Shown here piece by piece: positions 39,120-48,934 of a stretch of DNA of 64,000 nt; the stretch's first letter is position 1; each line of letters starts with the position of its first letter. The position numbers and the translations under genes were made by a program. The notes beneath the pieces are model-generated. The model was not told where the DNA came from, made no database searches, and saw only the letters and a list, made by a program, of their open reading frames with translations. The stretch is from contig OZ245365.1 in NCBI GenBank assembly GCA_965226495.1, forward strand, positions 3,008,001 through 3,072,000, given 5' to 3'. Origin of the DNA: Candidatus Marinacidobacterales bacterium (GTDB lineage Bacteria > Acidobacteriota > Vicinamibacteria > Marinacidobacterales > DATDRI01).

Positions 39120-40414
39120 GTTGAAGCCTCCTCACGAAACTGGAGCGGATAAAGCACTCTCATCCCTCCGCTGTAAACCACCATGGTGACAATGAGGGAC
39201 ACGATGGGTTGAATCATCTCCGGCGGCGCGAGGCGGCCGGCGACCACGCCCACCGCGATCGCGATGAGCGCCGCCAGGTTCACGCCCCGCGTGTAATGAT
39301 AGCCTCCGTCTTTCTTGTAGAGATCTCCGAGGCGCGGTCGCCGCGCCCTCACCAAGAAGTAGTCCGCGAGCAGGACGCCTACCAGGGGGGCAAAGATGAT
39401 CCCCAACGTGACAAGAAACTGCGCTAGGTAACGGGTTATACCAAAGCACCCGAGCGTGGTGCCGAGGATACCCAGGACTAGGGTGTGAAACGCACGGGAG
39501 CGGCCGGGGAAGACATTAGTAAGTGCCAGCCCCCCCGAGTACAGGTTCTTGTCGTTCGTGGTCCACGTGGCGAAGATGATGAGAAGGAGCGCCGGGATCC
39601 CCAGGCCGAGCTGTTGAACGCCCAACACCGGATTCCACTCTCCGCTCACAAGGCGAGAGAGTGCGCCGAGACCAATCATCAAAGCCGAGACCGGAACGAT
39701 CCCGGTCCAAATGCCAAGCCATAACGATCGATGATCCCTCGAGTAACGAGAAAGATCGGAAGACGTAAAAGCCGCGGTGAATTGGCCTGATACCATGATG
39801 TTCATTCCCGCCATGAAAGTCAGGCTGCCATCACCCGGCCGACTGACGACCTCCCAGAAAGGATGCTCGGAGGCAATCTTCCAGAACAAGACGCCCGAGA
39901 AGACGACGAGGACTGGCACTGCCAGGTTTGCCAGCTTTTGAATCCAACCGAATCCCATCACTGCGATGACCACGTTGAGCGCTCCCATCACGCATATCAT
40001 GAGAATCGGTGAAGAGAAGCCGCTCATCCTTTCCAAAACACCGTCGGCAGCAAGCCCGGCCAGCTCTGCCTGGAATGCAAACCAACCGACTCCGGAAACC
40101 GTGATCGCCAGGGATGCGATCCACGTCCCCGACGGAAACCCCAATGATGAGCGTGTCAGCACCGACACAGGGAGACCGTGATCCGCTCCCGGGTAACCGG
40201 TCAAACTAATGATCGCCGCGGCGACGGTATTGCCGATGAGACCCACCAGGATCGCCTGCTTGAAGGAAAGCCCGGGAAGAAAAATGCCCCCCATCATCAT
40301 CATGGGCAAGCAAACGTTGATTCCCGCATACATAGCGAAAAGCGAGAACCAACCGCGAGTACGGGAGGCAGCGGGGACGGCGTCAACGCCGAAAGATTCG
40401 GCTTTCAGGGACAA
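39116..40414 (-). CDS. NCS1-family (cytosine/hydantoin) permease
   Basis: Multiple TM segments; GWFAFQ, SDLSRY, WTTNDKNLYSGGL and ADYF. Confidence 0.9.
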   Translation of the reverse strand: MSLKAESFGVDAVPAASRTRGWFSLFAMYAGINVCLPMMMMGGIFLPGLSFKQAILVGLIGNTVAAAIISLTGYPGADHGLPVSVLTRSSLGFPSGTWIASLAITVSGVGWFAFQAELAGLAADGVLERMSGFSSPILMICVMGALNVVIAVMGFGWIQKLANLAVPVLVVFSGVLFWKIASEHPFWEVVSRPGDGSLTFMAGMNIMVSGQFTAAFTSSDLSRYSRDHRSLWLGIWTGIVPVSALMIGLGALSRLVSGEWNPVLGVQQLGLGIPALLLIIFATWTTNDKNLYSGGLALTNVFPGRSRAFHTLVLGILGTTLGCFGITRYLAQFLVTLGIIFAPLVGVLLADYFLVRARRPRLGDLYKKDGGYHYTRGVNLAALIAIAVGVVAGRLAPPEMIQPIVSLIVTMVVYSGGMRVLYPLQFREEAST

Positions 40415-40429
40415 TACACCGGCCTATTA

Positions 40430-40468
40430 AGAGAGAAAAGGGCCGGCTGCGGTTTCCCGCAGCCGGCC
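40430..40468 (-). terminator. Intrinsic terminator-like hairpin after the TBDR gene
   Basis: Minus strand GGCCGGCTGCGG-gaaa-CCGCAGCCGGCC followed by CTTTTCTCTC. Confidence 0.65.
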
Positions 40469-40492
40469 TGCAAGTGATCAGAGCTGAGCTAC

Positions 40493-43400
40493 CTAGAAGT
40501 CGACCTTAAAGCCGATCTGGACCTCACGACCGGGGAAGGCCTCGACGGTGCTGCCGAAGACATTACCCGTACAGCCGCCCGGATCGGGCAGGCCGTTGCC
40601 GGTCGAGTCTTGACAGGTCGAGTTCAGCACGAACGGGTTCGCACGGTTCGTCAGGTTGAAGAACTCGATGAGCGCCGTGAAGTTGTTCCCTTCTCCGAAC
40701 GGCAGGTTCCACGCCAGCCGGAAATCGATGTTGAAGAAGTCCGGTCCAAAGAACTCACCCTTCTCCGTTCCGAGGAGACGATTGTCGAAGATGTCGTCAC
40801 CGTCGGTGTCGAACGGAAGTCCGGCTGCGTTGAACGGGCGACCCGACTGCCAGTCCGCCCGACCCGAGATGTCAAAGCCGGCAGGTAGTCGATACAAACC
40901 GCTGAAGACCATCACATGCTTCGGTGTGTTCAAGCTGACGCCAATGTCACGCTCTGGAAAGTTGTTCCACAGGAAGCTGATCTCGGCGCCGCGCGGCGGC
41001 ACTCTCAGCGTCGAGAAGTTGTCGGTAGCGTCGGTGAACGTATAGCTCAGCAAGAAGTTGTAGTTATTGCGGAATCGCTTCTGCAAGGCAAGGGTCAACG
41101 CGTTGGTATCCAGGAACCCGAGGTTCTCGATCTCACTGAGGCAAGGCCCTGGTCCATCGACGGTGTTCCCGGTGCAGCTACCAGCGATGGGCTCAAGCAG
41201 CAAGTTCACCACGCGACGCGACAGAAGATCCTTCGAGCGTCGGATGTGAAACTCGGCGTCGAGCGTGAAGTCGTCGGTGAGGGCCTGCTCGACACCGAAG
41301 TTCAAGGCGTCGGTGTAGGGCAGCGAATGGTCGTCCGACAGTGTCGTGATGCGAGTCACCTCGACGTCGAGCTGCCGGAATTCGAAAACCAACGGACGGT
41401 TATTGACGATGCTCGCGTCCCCTCTCTGCTCGAGATACCTGAACTGCTCACCTGCCCCGAACGGGTGGGGAAAGGCCTCATTGAGGATTTCCACTGCGGC
41501 TTCCGGAGAGAGCCTTCCTCCGGTGAGCTCCGGAATGCTGTCGAAGGTCAGCACCGGCGGTACACTGGGGTCGTCGACCTTGATGCCGAGAAGGTCGTAG
41601 ATGACGTAGGGATTACCCTGTCCGGTGATCACCGAGTCTTGCATGGTCACCCCATCGCGCCTGATGGTGAACGTACCCGGTGAGGTCAGCGTAAAGCCCT
41701 CCGGCATGATTTGCTCGAAGAGCGACGGGTTCGTGAGCACCCGGCTGCTCGACGCCTGCAGCGGCCCGAACGCTCCGAGTGCCGGATTGTTGTAGAAGGA
41801 AGCTCCTCGAGGAATCGTCTGCAAATCCTGGGTGGCGAGCTGGATGCCGCCCAACTCCGGTGTGAACGCGATGACTTCGGCAACGCTCACATCGTAGAAC
41901 CGACCCCAACCGGCGCGGAGGATCGTCCGTCCTTCCTGCTTCAAGTCATAGGCAATTCCGGTCCGCCATGCCACGCCACCGCTACTGAACAAGCTCGCGT
42001 AGTCCCAGCGCACGCCGAGATTCAGAGTGATCCCGGGTTTCGGCTCCCAAGAGTCCTGACCGTAAGCGGCCCAGTTGTTCGTGCTACCGATCGCCCGGTT
42101 GTTGTCCGGCCCGGAGCCCTCCACGATGACGCGGTTGCCGAGTTGTGCGCTGATGTCGTAGCCAAGACTCTCGAAGTTACTGTCCAGCGCTGAATTGCCA
42201 ATGATGATGCCCTGCGGTGGTGTGAAGAAATGATCGATCGCCACGTGATCCAGGTCTATGCCAAACTTGAAGGCATGGCTTCCCGTGCTCTCCGAGTCCA
42301 TGAAGTACGACAAATGCTCCTGCCATTGCCACCGCTCTTGAGAACGATCGACCTGTCCCACTCCGGATGAATTCGACACAAAGATTTGGAAATTGGGCAC
42401 GAAAATCAGCGGGAACAGCTGCTCCGCGGAAGCCGGTTTCTCCGCGTTCTCTTTGAAGGTGCTATCCCAATACCGGAGAGACGACTCGAGGAACGCGGTG
42501 TCGCTGAAGAACCCCGTGTGGCGACCGTTGAGGCTGTTGGTGTTCCGGTCGATGTCCGAAGCCGTCGAGGGCAGCGTAATCGTCCCCGGCGGCGGCGATC
42601 CGAATAACGCCGTCGCAGGCGGCTGGAAGTCATTCTGCGACCCGCGGTTCAGGTTCCACGTCACGAACACCTGATTCTTCGCGTTGAACCGGTGATCGAA
42701 TTTGAACAAGTTCGTGATCCTCGAGTCCTCGGGAACCGCGTCCAGCGGCTCACCACCCGTGGCTGGCGAAAAATAGCCGGCCCGCAAAATGGGTGTCAGG
42801 ATCGACTGGTCCAAGTTGGACCCACGGCTTTCCTTCACGTACTGGAACGCATCGAAGAAAAACGTGCTGTCCGTCTTAATCGGACCACCGATCGTCCCGC
42901 CAACCTCGTATCGCTCGAGCGCTGGGACGTCCTGACCGTCGACGTTCGACGAGTTCAGCGAATCGTCCCGGATGAAAAAGAACCCCCGCGCGTCGACCTG
43001 GTTCGTTCCAGAGCGCGTCACGATGTTCGTCACCGCACCCGACGCCCGGCCGTACTCTGCCGGATACCCTGCCAGGTAGACCTTGAACTCCTGAATCGCG
43101 TCCTGCACGAAAAACTCCGCCGCACCACGCGTCCACAGGTCGTTGGCATCGTTTCCGTCGATCAGGAACGAGTTCGAGATCGCTCGCTCACCGAAGACGG
43201 TGAACGTCGTCCCCTGGTCTGAGGCCGAAGGCCGTTTCGCCACACCCGGAACCAACTCGACGAGATCGATGAACTCCCGACCCTTCAACGGAATGTTGTC
43301 GATCGTCCTGTTGTCGATAGGAACGCCGAGACCTGATTCCTTCACTCGAACAGGGGCGGAGTCGGCCATGACCGTAATCGTCTCTTCCACTCCCGCGAGT

Positions 43401-43738
43401 TGAAGCGAGACCGAGACACGGACCGTCGTCCCGACCGGCACAGTAATGCTGGTCACCGTTTCCGTCGCAAAACCCGACAACTCTACTTTGACCTGATACG
43501 TACCGGCCTGGAGAGCCGGTATGAAGTACCCGCCCGAACCATCCGTCGTTACCGTCACCGTGCCGCGAATCAGCGTCGGGCTGCTGGCGGTCACACTCGC
43601 GCCAGGCAAAACCGCGCCGCCCTGGTCGCTGACCGTCCCTTCGATGGTACCGGTAATGCCCTGCGCCGTAACCACGGATGTCGCCATCAGCAGAAACGCT
43701 GCGAAGAAAATAGGAACTCGAATGTAGAAAGATCTCAC
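40493..43738 (-). CDS. TonB-dependent receptor, Oar-like, with N-terminal carboxypeptidase-regulatory-like domain
   Basis: Signal peptide; GTVSDQGGAVLPGASV, AEYGRASGAV, QDSW, LNLGVRWD; C-terminal KVDF. Confidence 0.93.
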   Translation of the reverse strand: MRSFYIRVPIFFAAFLLMATSVVTAQGITGTIEGTVSDQGGAVLPGASVTASSPTLIRGTVTVTTDGSGGYFIPALQAGTYQVKVELSGFATETVTSITVPVGTTVRVSVSLQLAGVEETITVMADSAPVRVKESGLGVPIDNRTIDNIPLKGREFIDLVELVPGVAKRPSASDQGTTFTVFGERAISNSFLIDGNDANDLWTRGAAEFFVQDAIQEFKVYLAGYPAEYGRASGAVTNIVTRSGTNQVDARGFFFIRDDSLNSSNVDGQDVPALERYEVGGTIGGPIKTDSTFFFDAFQYVKESRGSNLDQSILTPILRAGYFSPATGGEPLDAVPEDSRITNLFKFDHRFNAKNQVFVTWNLNRGSQNDFQPPATALFGSPPPGTITLPSTASDIDRNTNSLNGRHTGFFSDTAFLESSLRYWDSTFKENAEKPASAEQLFPLIFVPNFQIFVSNSSGVGQVDRSQERWQWQEHLSYFMDSESTGSHAFKFGIDLDHVAIDHFFTPPQGIIIGNSALDSNFESLGYDISAQLGNRVIVEGSGPDNNRAIGSTNNWAAYGQDSWEPKPGITLNLGVRWDYASLFSSGGVAWRTGIAYDLKQEGRTILRAGWGRFYDVSVAEVIAFTPELGGIQLATQDLQTIPRGASFYNNPALGAFGPLQASSSRVLTNPSLFEQIMPEGFTLTSPGTFTIRRDGVTMQDSVITGQGNPYVIYDLLGIKVDDPSVPPVLTFDSIPELTGGRLSPEAAVEILNEAFPHPFGAGEQFRYLEQRGDASIVNNRPLVFEFRQLDVEVTRITTLSDDHSLPYTDALNFGVEQALTDDFTLDAEFHIRRSKDLLSRRVVNLLLEPIAGSCTGNTVDGPGPCLSEIENLGFLDTNALTLALQKRFRNNYNFLLSYTFTDATDNFSTLRVPPRGAEISFLWNNFPERDIGVSLNTPKHVMVFSGLYRLPAGFDISGRADWQSGRPFNAAGLPFDTDGDDIFDNRLLGTEKGEFFGPDFFNIDFRLAWNLPFGEGNNFTALIEFFNLTNRANPFVLNSTCQDSTGNGLPDPGGCTGNVFGSTVEAFPGREVQIGFKVDF

Positions 43739-44143
43739 GCCGAACCTCCTTCGGGGTTCTCCCGAGTTTGAAGGGAAACGATGGACGTTTGCTGCGAAAT
43801 GGTCCGAGTGTGCACCTTCTTTGGCATGTCCGAAGAAGGCAACTCAGGGCAATGGGAAGACAACCCCAGCGAGAGTACCGTATTAAAGGATAGCAGCGCG
43901 CCCATATGACTCCGATCGAGGAGCCTCACGGCCTAACCTGTCACCCCGGCCGTGACAGCCAGAATGGACGGACTTTACCCTGCCCCCGTCAACGCTGTCA
44001 AGGGCAAAACAGGACAAAATACGGGTCACCCGGAGCTGGGCGACGGACGGCCAACGGCCAAAACGGGGCAGACCCGGGGATATACATTGAGAAGCGGCTT
44101 CTGTTACAGTACGCGTGACAACCGTCCCATGGGGGTGGACTCT

Positions 44144-45118
44144 ATGGTTCGTGCGAAGGAACCGGCTCGAATCGATCTCCAGATCCGGCAGGACTCCCTA
44201 CTTTCACCTGAGCAACAGCTGATTAGCCAGCTGAAGCTGGCGATCATGTTGGGCGAGTTGAAGCCCGGCCAAACCCTCCCTTCGGTTCGCGAGATTGAAG
44301 GCCAGACAGGCATCGGACGAAATGTCGTCTGGCGCGCCTACTCGAAGTTAGCCGAACTGGGTGCACTCACTATCCAGCAACGCAAGCGCGCCGTGGTGAG
44401 CTTAAGTGCGGACCCGGCCCGCGCGTCCGAGCTCGTGGCGGTCTACGACTGGCTGGGACGAGACTTTTTGGACCGAATTCGGGCCCTTCGAGTGAATCCG
44501 CAATCTTTCCTACGTTACATGGATCATCGACTCCAGGAATCCGATGCGATCCAACACGACACGGTTTTTGTCGAGTGTTGCAAGGTGTTCGCGCAGTCTT
44601 GGTCGGTGGAGATCTCACAGCGATGGGGTGTACTCGTTCCCGGTTACGACTTCAACAAGATGCGAAACATGTCGTTCGATGAGCGGGCTCGCTTCAAATC
44701 CGTCTTGGTTCCACTTGCACATCACGAAGAAGTGCTCGAATTGTTTCAGAATCCCCACACGCAAGTCATTCCCCTGACGTTCGTTTGGGACCAAAAGATC
44801 ATCCAGGGGCTCCAATCGCTCCCGGAGGGCTCCGCACTAGTCCTGTTCTTCGCGCCATCCGCCTACTCCGATCCCTGGGTGCGGGAGCTCCGAAGCCTTT
44901 GCCCCAATTTGACCATTGACGTTGTGCCCTATGAAAGCCCACAACAAGTCCAGAAGGTCATCGCGTCGAGCAAGTATCAGCGGATTCACGTGAGTGGAGC
45001 CGTCATCGATGATGTGTACAGCGAGGTGAGGGCTCGTCCCGATTTCATCCAACAACCTCTCCAACTGGACCTGCGATCCCTGGAGGAGGCACGCATCCAG
45101 GCGGGCGTGGTTTTGTAA
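44144..45118 (+). CDS. GntR-family transcriptional regulator with long C-terminal domain (alternative start 44129)
   Basis: GELKPGQTLPSVREI...GRNVVWRAYSKL wHTH; divergent from the TBDR operon. Confidence 0.85.
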   Translation: MVRAKEPARIDLQIRQDSLLSPEQQLISQLKLAIMLGELKPGQTLPSVREIEGQTGIGRNVVWRAYSKLAELGALTIQQRKRAVVSLSADPARASELVAVYDWLGRDFLDRIRALRVNPQSFLRYMDHRLQESDAIQHDTVFVECCKVFAQSWSVEISQRWGVLVPGYDFNKMRNMSFDERARFKSVLVPLAHHEEVLELFQNPHTQVIPLTFVWDQKIIQGLQSLPEGSALVLFFAPSAYSDPWVRELRSLCPNLTIDVVPYESPQQVQKVIASSKYQRIHVSGAVIDDVYSEVRARPDFIQQPLQLDLRSLEEARIQAGVVL

Positions 45119-45179
45119 GAACACACTCTGCCTATCCCCTGAACTTACTGGCAGGGGCGCCGCCTGTTAATATGAACTC

Positions 45180-47453
45180 ATGAAGGGAGTGTGGCGGACC
45201 CTCCTTGTGCTGCTTGCGGTCGGGAGTGGGCAGTCCCAAAACGCCGATGGAGCACCCGCTCCGAGCTTCTTGCTCATCACCATCGATACGCTCCGCGCCG
45301 ATCATTTAGGCGCTTATGGTCGAGGCTCCGCCCAAACGCCCAACCTCGACCGCCTCGCCGCCTCAGGACTACTGGTCGAGAACGCGTTCACCCATAGTCC
45401 GGTGACGCTTTCCTCGCACGCGGCATTGTTGACGGGACGACTCCCCTTCCAGACCGGAGTGCGAAGCAACTCTCTTTATCGTCTCTCCGACGACGAGACG
45501 ACGTTGGCAGAGACGCTCAAGGCACAAGGGTACCGTACCGCAGCGTTCGTTTCGGCGGCGGCGCTGGACCATCGTTTCGGCCTCGACCAGGGCTTCGAAG
45601 TCTACAACGACCAGATGCACCCCACGGAAGGTGGCCAATTGATCGCCGAGCGCGGTGCCTCGGAAGTCGTGAGCACATCACTAGCCTGGCTCGACGACGT
45701 CGGTGAATCACCCTTTTTCCTTTGGGTACACTTCTTCGACCCGCACCACCCGTACAGCCCGCCCGAGCCCTTTCGGTCCCGGTTCGCCGACTCGCCCTAC
45801 GAGGGTGAAATCGCCTACACCGATCACGAGATCGGACGGCTGCTCGACGCCATCGACCGCGCAAACACGCTCATAGTTGTCACCGCCGACCATGGCGAAA
45901 GCTTGGGCGAGCATGGGGAACAGACCCACGGTATCTTCGTCTACGACTCGACCCTTCGCGTACCCCTCATCCTCGCCGGCCCTGGAATTTCCCCTGCTCG
46001 AATGCAACAAGGACCGGTTGGCCTGGTGGATGTGCATCCGACGGTGCTCGGGAAGCTTGGCATTGAACGACCACCCGAACTGGCAGGCACAGATGTTCTA
46101 AGCGACGGTCCGTCCGATCTCCATTACGCCGAAACCTATTTGACCCGAGATTTCTACAACTGGAGTCCCCTTAGAGCATTGCGCTCGACGCGTGCCAAGT
46201 TCATCGAAGCGCCACGACCCGAGCTCTACGACCTCGGTTCGGATCCTGGCGAGACCAGGAACCTGATCGAGGAGCGGAGGAGGACGGCACGGCAACTCTC
46301 CGAAACACTCGGCGAGTATGTCGCCGCGGAAAATAAAGGGGACAGTTCGTTCGAGCCCGATGCGGCTCTACTTTCACAGCTTCAGAGCCTCGGGTATGTC
46401 GGCGGTGGTGTTCCGGCGAGCGCGCGCCCGGCGGCCAATCGACCGCTGCCCGACCCTAAGGACAAGATCGGAATCGTCACCGACTTGGACGATGCCATTA
46501 GTTTGTTCGGCGTCAAGCGATTCGAAGAAGCAGCTGCCAAGCTCCGCGAGATCCTGACCGTGGATCCGACGAATTTTCTCGCCTCTCACTACCTGGGCGA
46601 GACACTCTTCGAGCTCTCGTCGCCGCGCCAGGCGATCGAGGCCTACCAGCGAGCCATCGAGCAGGGGAACGAAACGCCGTACCACCGTTTCCGTCTCGGG
46701 TTGCTGCACGAACAGTTGAACGAGTATCCAGCAGCAGCCGACGACTTTGGTCGGGCGACGGATCTCGACCCCGACGCCGCGCTCGAGGTGCTGAAGCGTG
46801 CACGCGACCTGCTGAATCGAGGAGAGCCAGACGGAGCCCTTCAGTATTTGGCTATGCTCGAAGAGCGTGGAAGCAGTGGCGCCTCGCTTGCTTTGGTGCT
46901 CGCCAACGCCTGGGAGCAGAAAGGCGAGGCCGGGAAGGCGTTGGCCGCCATCGATCGTGCACTGGCGACCGATGTGTCAAACCCAACCCTTCTCGCAACC
47001 CGGGGTCGTTTGTTGCTCGAGCTTGGCCGCACCGAAGAGGCGATCGGCCCGCTCCAGCAAGCGTTGCCCGGACTAGAAGACCCGACCGAGCAAGCGGCCG
47101 TTCTCAAGACACTGGCAACTGTCTACGGAAACAAGGGAGAGCTCGAACAAGCGATCGCCTATTTCCAACAAGCGGCGAGTCTCACCCCGAACGACTCAGA
47201 AATCATGGCGAATCTGGCTCTGACTCTCGTCCGAGCCGGGCAGACGAGCGCGGCGCTCGAGCCTCTGACACGAGCCATTGAGCTCCGACCCAAGGAGGTT
47301 CGCTTGCTCAACCTGAAGGCGGAGCTTCTCTACCGGCAGGGGGAGTTAGAGGCCAGCCGCGATCTGCTGCGGCGCTCGCTCGCTCTCCGTTCCGATCAAC
47401 CTCGCATCCAAGCCGCGTTGGCCGAGGTCGAGGCCAAACTGGAGTCGCCGTAA
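45180..47453 (+). CDS. Sulfatase-like hydrolase with C-terminal TPR repeats
   Basis: LLITIDTLRADHL, TPNLD, HFFDPH, ADHGESLGEHGE and RVPLI; TPR C-terminal half. Confidence 0.9.
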   Translation: MKGVWRTLLVLLAVGSGQSQNADGAPAPSFLLITIDTLRADHLGAYGRGSAQTPNLDRLAASGLLVENAFTHSPVTLSSHAALLTGRLPFQTGVRSNSLYRLSDDETTLAETLKAQGYRTAAFVSAAALDHRFGLDQGFEVYNDQMHPTEGGQLIAERGASEVVSTSLAWLDDVGESPFFLWVHFFDPHHPYSPPEPFRSRFADSPYEGEIAYTDHEIGRLLDAIDRANTLIVVTADHGESLGEHGEQTHGIFVYDSTLRVPLILAGPGISPARMQQGPVGLVDVHPTVLGKLGIERPPELAGTDVLSDGPSDLHYAETYLTRDFYNWSPLRALRSTRAKFIEAPRPELYDLGSDPGETRNLIEERRRTARQLSETLGEYVAAENKGDSSFEPDAALLSQLQSLGYVGGGVPASARPAANRPLPDPKDKIGIVTDLDDAISLFGVKRFEEAAAKLREILTVDPTNFLASHYLGETLFELSSPRQAIEAYQRAIEQGNETPYHRFRLGLLHEQLNEYPAAADDFGRATDLDPDAALEVLKRARDLLNRGEPDGALQYLAMLEERGSSGASLALVLANAWEQKGEAGKALAAIDRALATDVSNPTLLATRGRLLLELGRTEEAIGPLQQALPGLEDPTEQAAVLKTLATVYGNKGELEQAIAYFQQAASLTPNDSEIMANLALTLVRAGQTSAALEPLTRAIELRPKEVRLLNLKAELLYRQGELEASRDLLRRSLALRSDQPRIQAALAEVEAKLESP

Positions 47454-47465
47454 ATCAAGGAGGGA

Positions 47466-48351
47466 GTGGCCATCATGCCTAACAATGCACCGAAACGAAT
47501 CAGTCTGTCGCTTTTTGGGTTGTTGATGATCGCACTGGCGTTGGCGCCCGAGACCGAGGCCGACGGAAGGCTGACCTATCAAACCGTGCACAGCGCCAGG
47601 CTGGAAGGCAATCTCTTGGGAGATTCTCCAAATCGACAGGTGATGGTGTACTTGCCTCCGAGCTATACGACCACGCCGACCAAGCGCTACCCCACCATCT
47701 ACCTCCTCCATGGTTACAACGGTACCAGCACCATCTGGCGAGATGGTGCCTACAAAGGGTTCAACATCCTCACCGCAATGAATCGGCTGATCGAGGAGGG
47801 AAAGATTCGGGAGATGATCGTGGTCATGCCGGATGGCCGCAATGCTTATGGGGGCACCTATTTCGTCAACTCGTCGGTTACCGGAAGCTGGGAGGATTTC
47901 GTCACCCAAGACCTGGTCGGCTACATCGATGCGACGTATCGCACCATCCCCGAGTCCGGTAGCCGTGGCGTCGCTGGCCAATCCGGACAAGCCTCCCCTT
48001 TATGTCGACTATCCATTCGAGCTGGTTAATGGAAGGGTTCGACCGAACGAGAACGCCTACAACAAGTGGAAGGAGAATTTCCCCGTCTACATGGTGGACA
48101 CATACCGATCGAATCTCCTCAAGCTGAAGGGCATTCATTTCACCACCGGCATTTCCGACCACTTGGCACATATCCCCTTGGGGAGCCGCGCGTTTTCGCA
48201 CGCCCTCAGCAAGGCAGGAATCCCGCACGAATTCGACATGGACAGCACCAACCATCGGGAGCTGGTGCGAGAGTGGATCGAGACCAGAGCGCTGCCCTTC
48301 TTTTCGCTGCTGCTCACCCACCAGAGTCTGGGGTGGAACGACTCGAAATAG
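47466..48351 (+). pseudogene. Esterase paralog with an out-of-frame internal deletion removing the GxSxG nucleophile
   Basis: 47466-47978 matches the N-half of the 23756-24820 esterase up to RGVAG; a second frame resumes at NPDKPPLYVDYPF, matching its C-terminus. Confidence 0.85.
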
Positions 48352-48426
48352 CTGACGATAGGACAAGTTGTAACCTCACGTCGAGCGCGGATAGAATCGG
48401 CCGCGACGTCGGAGGTCGATCCCAGT

Positions 48427-48882
48427 ATGGCAATCAAGATTGGTTCGAAGTCCATTGCATTCTTGTTCGTTGTCCTATTTCATGCTGGATGCGCCGGCAA
48501 GACTGAAAATCAACGTCTTTCGCCAAGCGAACACGAAGAATTTGTTCAATATATGGTCGAGGGCGAGAAACTCTACAATCTAAACTGCGGCAACTGTCAT
48601 CAGCATGATGGACAAGGACTTGGAAGAGTGTTTCCTCCATTGAATATTTCAGACTATATGGAAGCTAATCTTGATCAGGTGATCTGTCTGATCAAGAACG
48701 GGCAGCGAGGAGAGATGGTTGTAAATGGCGTTACGTTCAATGAACCCATGCCCGGAACACCTCACCTGACGAATTTGGAGCTCGCAGAAATCACCACCTA
48801 TATCTACAACTCATGGAATCACAAGAAAGGAATGATTACTGTGAATCAAGTCGAGACGACGTTGAACAATTCCTGTGAATGA
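48427..48882 (+). CDS. Monohaem cytochrome c lipoprotein
   Basis: FHAGC lipobox, CGNCH, PPL and MPG; visibly AT-richer than the flanks. Confidence 0.88.
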   Translation: MAIKIGSKSIAFLFVVLFHAGCAGKTENQRLSPSEHEEFVQYMVEGEKLYNLNCGNCHQHDGQGLGRVFPPLNISDYMEANLDQVICLIKNGQRGEMVVNGVTFNEPMPGTPHLTNLELAEITTYIYNSWNHKKGMITVNQVETTLNNSCE

Positions 48883-48905
48883 AATTCTGAGAAAAACTCC
48901 TGAAC

Positions 48906-48934
48906 TTGACACAATCAAACCCAAAGCCTAAGGT
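48906..48934 (+). promoter_or_regulatory. Putative sigma70 promoter for the FAD oxidoreductase
   Basis: TTGACA-N17-TAAGGT upstream of AAGGAGG and the GTG start. Confidence 0.55.

Noticed and set aside
47833-48029. Programmed frameshift in the esterase
   Set aside because: No slippery sequence at the junction and the catalytic segment is missing, so a deletion explains it better.
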